In this document: positions 56,601-64,000 of the stretch, in pieces | How the letters are laid out: every line of letters begins with the position of its first letter | Numbering within the stretch: the first letter of the stretch is position 1 | DNA from: Takakia lepidozioides | Taxonomy: Eukaryota > Plantae > Bryophyta | Direction: 5' to 3' | Assembly: GCA_030704615.1 (NCBI GenBank) | Contig: CM060733.1 | Span: 11,718,001 to 11,782,000 of the forward strand | DNA length: 64,000 bases | Made by a program: the position numbers and the translations under genes | Notes under the pieces: model-generated | What the model was told of the DNA's origin: nothing | Databases searched by the model: none | What the model saw: the letters and a program-made list of their open reading frames with translations, nothing else

Positions 56601-58288
56601 GTACTCCTTAAGCTGCCTCCACAGGTGCGTATCAAATGTCCATTTCTTGGCATTGGTGATACTAAACCATTTCTGTAACAAGATGGAAACTAGAAACACG
56701 GATGTAGCAGGGGCTAGTTATGGTGGTCAAGCTCAACTATCTCTTGCTCCATGACAGGTTGGGGTTTTCCTTTTTCTATCCAATGAGCTAGTACCTATTG
56801 ATGGTTGGGCTCAGGATTTGGATGCATCGCTTTGCTGGTGAGGTTGCCCAAGCCTCTATGTACTCCTTAAGCCACCTATGGAGGTGCTTATAATGTGTTC
56901 ATCTCTTGGCCTTGGCAATATTAAAACCCTTATTTACAAATTTGAAAAAGGAAACACAGCCAACCTCTAATCCAGGAGCGACTAGCTGAGCTCAACTCTC
57001 TTGCTTTACAGTGGGTGGAATTTTTGCTTTATTAACATGAGCTAGTACCTTAACTGGAGTAATGTTGGGTTCAGGATTTGATTGCATCGCACTGCTGGTG
57101 AGGTTGCCCAAACCTCTAGGCTTTTTTATGTACTCCTTAAGCTGCCTACGAGGTGCTTATAATGTCAACTTCTTGGCATTGGCAATATTAAAGCACTTGT
57201 GTACAAGATGGAAAACCGAAACATGGCCAATCTCTTATGTAGGAGGGGCTAGCCGTGGTGGTGAAGAACAACTGTCTCTTGCTCCAGGAGGGGGTTGGTT
57301 TTTTCCTTTTTGTTCCCTATGAGCATATTGCCTTCAGTGGTGTAGTGTTGGGCTCAGTACTTGAACGCATCCCTATGGTGGTGAGGTTGCCGTATCCACT
57401 GCTGGAATTTACGGTTGCCATGAGAGTTGAGCAGAGCAACAACCGTTTCACGTAGATAGTTGTTGGACCCCGAGAAACAGGAAACCAAAGGACAGGCATC
57501 AGGATCAATGTTTTGGCGGATCCAAAGATGTTTGAACCACCTCATACATCCAGCAGCCAGAGGAGTAATCGACTTTTTTGCTACATGGGCTTTGATCAAG
57601 TGAGAGGTTTGGGGTGAGTCTTCAAAACCTCACAAAGAAATGCATGTATGACATAGCTAGCATCAAACCATCCATTGGCCAGTCACTGTTAAGTGGAGTT
57701 ACTAGGCAGATGTAGGAATTGTTGACAATGGTTGTGGTTTGCAGGCTTTGGACACCTTTGTCGTTGCAGTTCATGCCGACCCACATAGCTGCTGCGGCTG
57801 CCTCCCTTGCAGCGAGGGTGCTTAATGTGGAATTGCCCTCTAGTGGGAGCCTGGCATGGTGGCAAGAGTTCCATACAACTCCTACCATAGTAAATGGTGG
57901 GCTTCTCTATTCCTCATGAACACTCCCAACTTTTCTCTATTATATTTCTTTTTGCCAAAAATAGCAGTAGTTGTGACGGGCAAGGGGAGATAGCAAAGAA
58001 GGAATCGCAGTAACCAAGCCAATGTCTCTTTGGCTTCTCCCTGCTGCAGCTATCACACTGTACCTACAAAATACATCTGACTTTTGGAGAACAAGAGTAG
58101 TACCCAGTTATAATTCCAGAGCAAATATTTAGAGGCTTAGTTGTCTGGCTGACATTTTTCCTGGGTTTTTCTTGATTACAGATGTGATAAGTCAAATGAT
58201 GGAGCTTTACGAGCAGAATAGATTGCTTAACATCTACGATTGGAACATGGCGAATACTCGACCATCCCTCTCCCAAAAAGGATTTTAG
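53677..58288 (+). CDS. CYCT1: Cyclin T (CYCT1-like), 6 coding exons: 53677-53930, 54375-54456, 54930-55061, 55672-55847, 57745-57896, 58182-58288
   Basis: [82 protein letters not shown]; GT-AG junctions keep frame. Start codon inferred. Confidence 0.92.
55260..55681 (+). repeat. ~140-bp tandem triplication in cyclin T intron 3
   Basis: CCATrrGGTTTCT..GCCCTCAAC-like block at ~55316, 55453, 55597. Confidence 0.75.
56060..57400 (+). repeat. ~270-bp diverged tandem repeat (about 5 units) in cyclin T intron 4
   Basis: TGGTGAGGTT at ~56302, 56569, 56836, 57097, 57379, each preceded by a GTTGGGyTCA block. Confidence 0.8.
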
Positions 58289-60241
58289 TTCGATTTTGGT
58301 GTTATTGGCTTGTTCTCTTGGGTGTGGTGCTTTCACTGACTTGTTGCAAGCCCTTCAAAGAGCACTTTGAAGGGTAGCCCCAGCTGTGGATGCTACATGT
58401 AATCAAACATGGATGAAAGGATGTCCTCGTGGTGAGAAATCCTTGCGGAAGGATGAAGTGTTGCATTAAGCTGTCCCCTAGTTATTAATACAGCATTAAG
58501 ATTGAATAAGGTCCAACTATTAGTGTTAAATCCTTCACCAACCTAGCTTCTAGGTAGGTACAAAGGTTTTGAGTGTTGACCACTACTCATACTGATTTGT
58601 CTTACAACTTTTTGGAGGCGCTTTACCTATATAGGTATAGGGGTGTAAAAGGCCTCGTTGTTCGTCTTGATATTAAACGCCCTGGTTGGTTGGTCGGTCT
58701 GCTCTCAACCTGAAGAACTGTAGAGTCCAATTGCAGAGCTTAGCAGTGAAATTGGTGTCAGCTATGACTGATAAGTAGGGCCTGCAGGAAGGATAGATCA
58801 ATAAGCAGCTGGGGTGCAATTTTGCACGAAATTGGGTTTGCATTGATTCATATTGTATCAGACCAACAATATTCCAAAGATTTTGATTCAGAGATTCTTT
58901 ATCACCTCTTTAAATTCCTAGTGAGCCTGCATGTGCATTGTTAGCTTTTCAACTTTAGTACTGAAGTGAGTGACACTGGAAAGTGTTGGAAGGCGCAAAG
59001 TTAGAAGACACTTAAGGTGGTGAACTGGCTCTCTGATATGGACTCACTTTGGCATACTGGTTGTGGATGTGATGCCTCAGAAGGACAGCGCTTTGCTCAA
59101 GAAACTAGTTATGCTTTGAAGGGTCATGCAGTCTTATCTGCTGTGAGACTACAATGCGTGCAACTGAAGTCTTCATCAAGGATATTTCCAGTCCTTGATG
59201 GGAAATATGTATTTGATGCCAGGAGGCCACATTGTTACTGAGTCGTAGTTGCCCCAGAAAACCTTTAAGCATAACTCCGTGTGAGATTTCACCAAGCCAG
59301 CTTGTGACCTACCGGACAGAGCAGAATGAAGATTATATGCAGGGGGGAAGACAAAATGCTCTAAGCATTTGAGAGACAATCCTCGAAGTTGCAAATCGGA
59401 ATTCCGGTGGGGCCTGGTTTAGCTGTTGAAATGCAATTGCGTGTACTGATCGCTGCCAAGGAGTTAGACGTCAGAGCTCGTTGGACAGTCAACGATCTTG
59501 TTGTGTACAGGTGATCAAGGGTTATATGAGACAACGATGCCTGGGAGTACATACACCGTTCAACAATCCAAGGACGTTGATAGGGTAAGGAATGCCCGGC
59601 TGAGTCCACCAAATGCTTCTTTCGGTTTTTCCTGATACTGGCCAAACAACGACCCAGTCTCGATTCGTGCCCAAGTGAGTTTGGCCTACTTTTCAGCTAC
59701 GGCCCTAAGGACTGTAAGCGTCCTTCAGGAATTACAGTCTTTTGTCCAGTTTGCAGTGCTGCAGTACCTTCTTAATGGTACCCTTGCAGAAGATCAATCC
59801 TGCGTCCAATGCGTGATTTTCCAACTGCATTGGACTCGTACGAGAGAGGGAATGGAAACTTGATCTTCAAAACTCATAATTACATTCTCCTTGTGATAGA
59901 AATTACATCGGTTTGAAATCAAACACTCTGAGACACTCTCTGAAGTCTCCATCTGTTTCTTACTTGCTAGGAGCGACTGATCACACTGAAACTACCTACT
60001 GGTAATCCTCCTGAAATCTATTCTGCAAAAAGAGATGTTTGTGAGCTAAATCTCGAGAAACCAAGTTGCAATCCCAGAACAGAACACAACTTTTGTCCAG
60101 AGAACTCGATCTTTAAAGAGGGTGAAATCCTCGCTGAGGTGAAGGTGGCCCTCCTTCCACACTCTGACCTCCCTTTGTCTCTCGCTTCGCTAGCTACTTC
60201 TCTCTTCGTGGCTCTCATTCGGCAAGTTTTCCCTAAATCTG

Positions 60242-60276
<35 letters not shown>

Positions 60277-60305
60277 TTCCCAAGCAGGGTGGGAGTGGTG
60301 ACTGA

Positions 60306-61505
60306 TCAGACTGCAAATGTGAAATGAGGGTTGAATGCAAGCACCTGCCAACTGTCTTTAGGTTCGATGGTAGTTGGGTTATCAGGAAGCCATCTCCACA
60401 ACTTTTCGGAGAAGTCGAACGCAAGGATTGCAGATGCATCATCTCGCGAAGCGTAGATGAGGTCCCCTTGCCCAATGCACCGCACAAAATAATAGCGATA
60501 GGGTCCCCGAAATAGATCAGCAAACCCATCTTCTGGAGGTTTCGCGTCCACCTTCACCCACTCCATTCTTGTTTCTTCGAGCTCAAAAATTTCAATGGTA
60601 TTGGGCACATCAGACAGATCTGCGGCCGTCAAGTAGCGGCCCAAACTGTAGTTATACTCAACAGACTCATCAACTTGGGGCGGAGTGTCCTGAACAGGTC
60701 CGACAATAAGAAGACGACCATTTCGCTCCACCAATCCTGGGTACCTCATGAAAGGGGGCAGTTTTGTATTCACATTGCGCCATATCCCTTCCTGGGCACA
60801 GTACTTTCTGATTGCTAAACGCGGATAGTAATTCAAGCAGTAAAAGCTTCCATTGTAGAATGTGCATTGCCGATTGAAATCACTGCTCGAATCTACGCCA
60901 CAGCCCTCCTCCCAGGACTGATTTCCCGAGTCGTAGAGATGAGTTCCCCAGTCGCCATTGCTGGACAAGTAACCCGCCACAATGAGCTTGAAGCTTTTGG
61001 TAGATTTGTCAACATGCAGGCCTGTGACCCGGGGCGGCCTGGCAGATCGACTGTTTGGGACGGAAGGGAGCTGTCTCCATGCATTAGTGATCGGATTCAC
61101 CACTATGAAGATGGTGCGTTTGCAATGTGATTCAGGAGAAACTGCAGTTGTGGTGAAGCACAGCAGCCCCGCGTCCGCTGCAATCAAGGCCTTCTGGCCA
61201 GGGGGCCACAGATGGAGATTGATCTTGGGGTGGAGGCTGCAGAGGGGAAGCTTGTACCATTGGCTCAGTGTGGGGCAGAAGGTAGAGAGAGATGCTTCAC
61301 TGGAGATGCTGTTGATTGATGGGAAGACCAGATATGGTAGCTCGGGGGGTGCATTTGAGCATAGCTCTGGAAACGATGGTGAGCGGGGTAGAGAGTCCCA
61401 CTTCTTGCAAAAGCATCTCAGTTGACATAGAATGGGGACTGGAAGCCTCGCCACTATCCTATCCAGCACGTCCACCGGGAGCTCACTCCATATCCTCTCA
61501 TCCAT
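60306..61505 (-). CDS. F-box protein with C-terminal kelch/FBA-type beta-propeller, intronless
   Basis: N-terminal WSELPVDVLDRIVARLP...LRCFCKKW F-box; AADAGLLC and VVNPITNAWRQLP motifs; 399 aa. Confidence 0.92.
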   Translation of the reverse strand: MDERIWSELPVDVLDRIVARLPVPILCQLRCFCKKWDSLPRSPSFPELCSNAPPELPYLVFPSINSISSEASLSTFCPTLSQWYKLPLCSLHPKINLHLWPPGQKALIAADAGLLCFTTTAVSPESHCKRTIFIVVNPITNAWRQLPSVPNSRSARPPRVTGLHVDKSTKSFKLIVAGYLSSNGDWGTHLYDSGNQSWEEGCGVDSSSDFNRQCTFYNGSFYCLNYYPRLAIRKYCAQEGIWRNVNTKLPPFMRYPGLVERNGRLLIVGPVQDTPPQVDESVEYNYSLGRYLTAADLSDVPNTIEIFELEETRMEWVKVDAKPPEDGFADLFRGPYRYYFVRCIGQGDLIYASRDDASAILAFDFSEKLWRWLPDNPTTIEPKDSWQVLAFNPHFTFAV

Positions 61506-62995
61506 ATATGATAGAATAAAGCTGAGCTAGAGAGGAGAGGAGAATAGCTCAGGATGGATCAGACGTTTGAACGATAGAGTACATGAAGGTCAATTGAGAT
61601 TTGGATGCAGCTCCACCTGGAGAGGGAGAAGTAGAACTATTTCATACTGATGACCAGTTGAAGCCCCGGGACTCGGGGGAGAAAGAGGAAAAGTGTGTGC
61701 CTGTGCGCGCGCGTGAGTGAGACAGAGGGAGGGAGATACTTTGTATGCATAACCAACCACAGTCAGGTGGGACCCTAGAAAAACCACAAACTTAATTAGA
61801 ACTCCATTAAAGAAGAGATTTAGAGACTGCAGCCTGGGGATAAATCGTAAGCAGCAGCAGAGCGGACGTTGGATATCAGATAGGCGCCAAACCATGCTTG
61901 AGATGCATCAAACACAGATGCGGAGGGCATGGCAGCTTCCGATCAACACAGATGAAGGTCCCCAAACGAATGAAAGGATAAAGACAATTGCTCCGCGTCA
62001 TAGTTGAAGAGAGAAAGAGAGACACAGACACAGACAGAGCACAGAGCTCAAAGGAGGAGGAGAAGATCGGGAGGAGAGAGCCCAACATAGATATCGAAGC
62101 CCAAAGAGTGAGAGGATAACAGCTCTTAAATGTCCGCCAGAATTCAGACAAAGAGAAGTTGCGAGAAGCACGCAACGGAATCTAGACTCACTCGATCACC
62201 TCGAGAGGGGGGCACTGTAAGCTCAAAGCACCTCTCCAAGTAACTCTGGACAAAGGAAGAAGACAAAGAACAGCGTAGGGAGAAAGCGATGAGGACGGGA
62301 TCTCTACCCACACCAAGTTTTAGAACTGGATAAAGTCCAAGCCCATCACTGTAGGGATGAGGGAGAGCGAGAGAGAGATACAGGAACTGGATGAGCACAA
62401 AGGAGGGGAAGGTGGCGGGGTCAAAGGTGGACCCGGAATCCATAGCCATCTCCCTCACACCCCCACCCGCAGTGACAGTAAAATACAGAGCGCAGCGTGG
62501 AAACACGCGACGCTCATAATTAAATAAAATCTTCCCTATTTGCGGACAAATCAATGCAAAAAAGCCAAACCCCCACGTGGCCCTCAGATCCCGGACGCCA
62601 CGTGCCTACCTTCCACAGGGCTTCGACGCTGCTGAATTACACTCTACCGCTCCCAATGACCCCGCTCTTTTACCTCTACCCCTCTCCTGCTAGCTTTATC
62701 CTCTCTGCGATTGGCCGGATGGTGGATGACGACTGTAGCTGTATGATGATATCATCCATCCGTTGACGTTGGCTCCTCCTGGAAATACTCTGGCTATTCC
62801 CAAGAGGTAACTTCCGGTGGTTGATTAACTTTTAGATAAAAGTATATAATGGGTGGGACCGGGATGCACAAATTGTGGCTTAATTTCCTGGCTAACTGTG
62901 GTTTCATAGATTCCAGATGCATTCCAGTCATTTTCTGTTTTACTTTGTTTTGAAAGTTTTTTGGGTCTTAATGTTTGCTTAATAAATGTTTTTAA

Positions 62996-63055
62996 GGCCT
63001 GATTTGTGAGCGGTCGCCTCCTGGTGTTTCCCTTTCTCAAAAAAGGAAAAACAAA
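62996..63055 (+). mobile_element. 5'-truncated copy of the SINE 3' end
   Basis: GGCCTGATTTGTGAGC...GGTGTTTCCCTTT plus A-rich tail, matching ~63829-63898. Confidence 0.7.
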
Positions 63056-63651
63056 ATGTCTCAACTATAGGTTATGGGAGTGAATGGCTGAGGGCAGAGC
63101 AGAACAGAAACAGAACAGTCTCTCGGGATGTGATTCCGTCGACTTTCGTCGGTCGGTCGGCGCATTGGGTTGGATCTTGGATAAAGGATCATCAACTGCC
63201 AATCACAACACTCCTGCCCAGTTTTTAAATTTGCATATTTGGGAATCTTGGACGGCCGAAGATGCTTTTCATGGCCATGGAAGTAGTATCAGCAACTTCT
63301 GGTTTCCTGTATTTCGAAAAAAGAAAAAAAGTAGGCAGAAGGTTTTCACAAACTCGTTGGATGGTGGTGTAGGTAATTGTTGTGGATGAGTACTAAACAC
63401 TAAACATCTCATATCGAGTATTAGTTTCTTGTAATTCTAATCTACTTAACGGCATCGACGCAATGCAATAAATAACATTGCTATTATTATTACACGGTAA
63501 GTAAGGAACATTTGGGTGGTGATGTTGGCGTTCGCAAGTGAGGCAGGCACCCACGATCCGGATTTGTGAGTTCGGGGAGAGGTCCCATTATTAATTGCAC
63601 CTATTTTAAGTCGCATGTAGAGTAGATCTTTGGACCAAAGTATAGTGTGAC

Positions 63652-63898
63652 CAACAGTCAGTAGCTCAGTTGGTAAAGTGCACTGAGTGCCATCCGGATG
63701 ACCCTGGGTTCAAATCCTGCTACTTGACGGGTGTGGTACGCTCTGCTCCCCCTTCCCTGCGCGGTGACGCATCTGAAAGCCTTATGGCTAGGTTACTGAG
63801 AGGTTATTTTCTCCTCTCTCTATCAAGGGGCCTGATTTGTGAGCTGTCTCTCCCAGGTGTTTCCCTTTTAAAAAAATAAAAAAATAAAAAAATAAAAA
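63652..63898 (+). mobile_element. tRNA-derived SINE
   Basis: A box TAGCTCAGTTGG, B box GGTTCAAATCC, unrelated body, (AnT)n tail, 10-bp TSD ATAGTGTGAC (63642-63651, 63899-63908). Confidence 0.88.
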
Positions 63899-64000
63899 AT
63901 AGTGTGACTAAAATATGTGCTACAGCGGCATTTTGAATGCAGCTAAACCCGTCTATTGATCTCGGATAATTGACCATGAATCATGGGTACCCATGAAATT

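Noticed and set aside
63652-63730. Functional tRNA gene
   Set aside because: Has A/B boxes but poor acceptor and anticodon stems, and continues into a body, A-rich tail and TSD, so it is a SINE.

Overview
Eukaryotic DNA from a seedless land plant (inferred from a flagellar CFAP58 gene plus a PLS-DYW PPR gene; bryophyte, lycophyte or fern). Positions 1-~40 kb are a nest of transposons in and around a decayed PPR-DYW gene. Positions ~43-64 kb are genic (CFAP58, cyclin T, an F-box gene, a tRNA-derived SINE). The highlight is an 11.8-kb Ty3/Gypsy-type retroelement (9165-20987, minus strand), with the 5' part of a second copy at 1-5567. Its pol region contains a DNMT3-like C5 cytosine methyltransferase between the protease-like domain and RT, and its integrase ends in a PHD finger. 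It has no recognisable LTRs, yet it ends in TGTC...GACA with a 4-bp ATAT target duplication. Its 5' end is a run of hairpins showing a compensatory base change between the two copies. Its leader holds a ~2.2-kb cassette that differs completely between copies, and one cassette carries a captured ribosomal P-stalk protein tail. A conventional intact chromovirus with apparently identical LTRs (28070-35045) lies nearby and serves as an internal contrast. All alignments were made by eye; no database searches were run.
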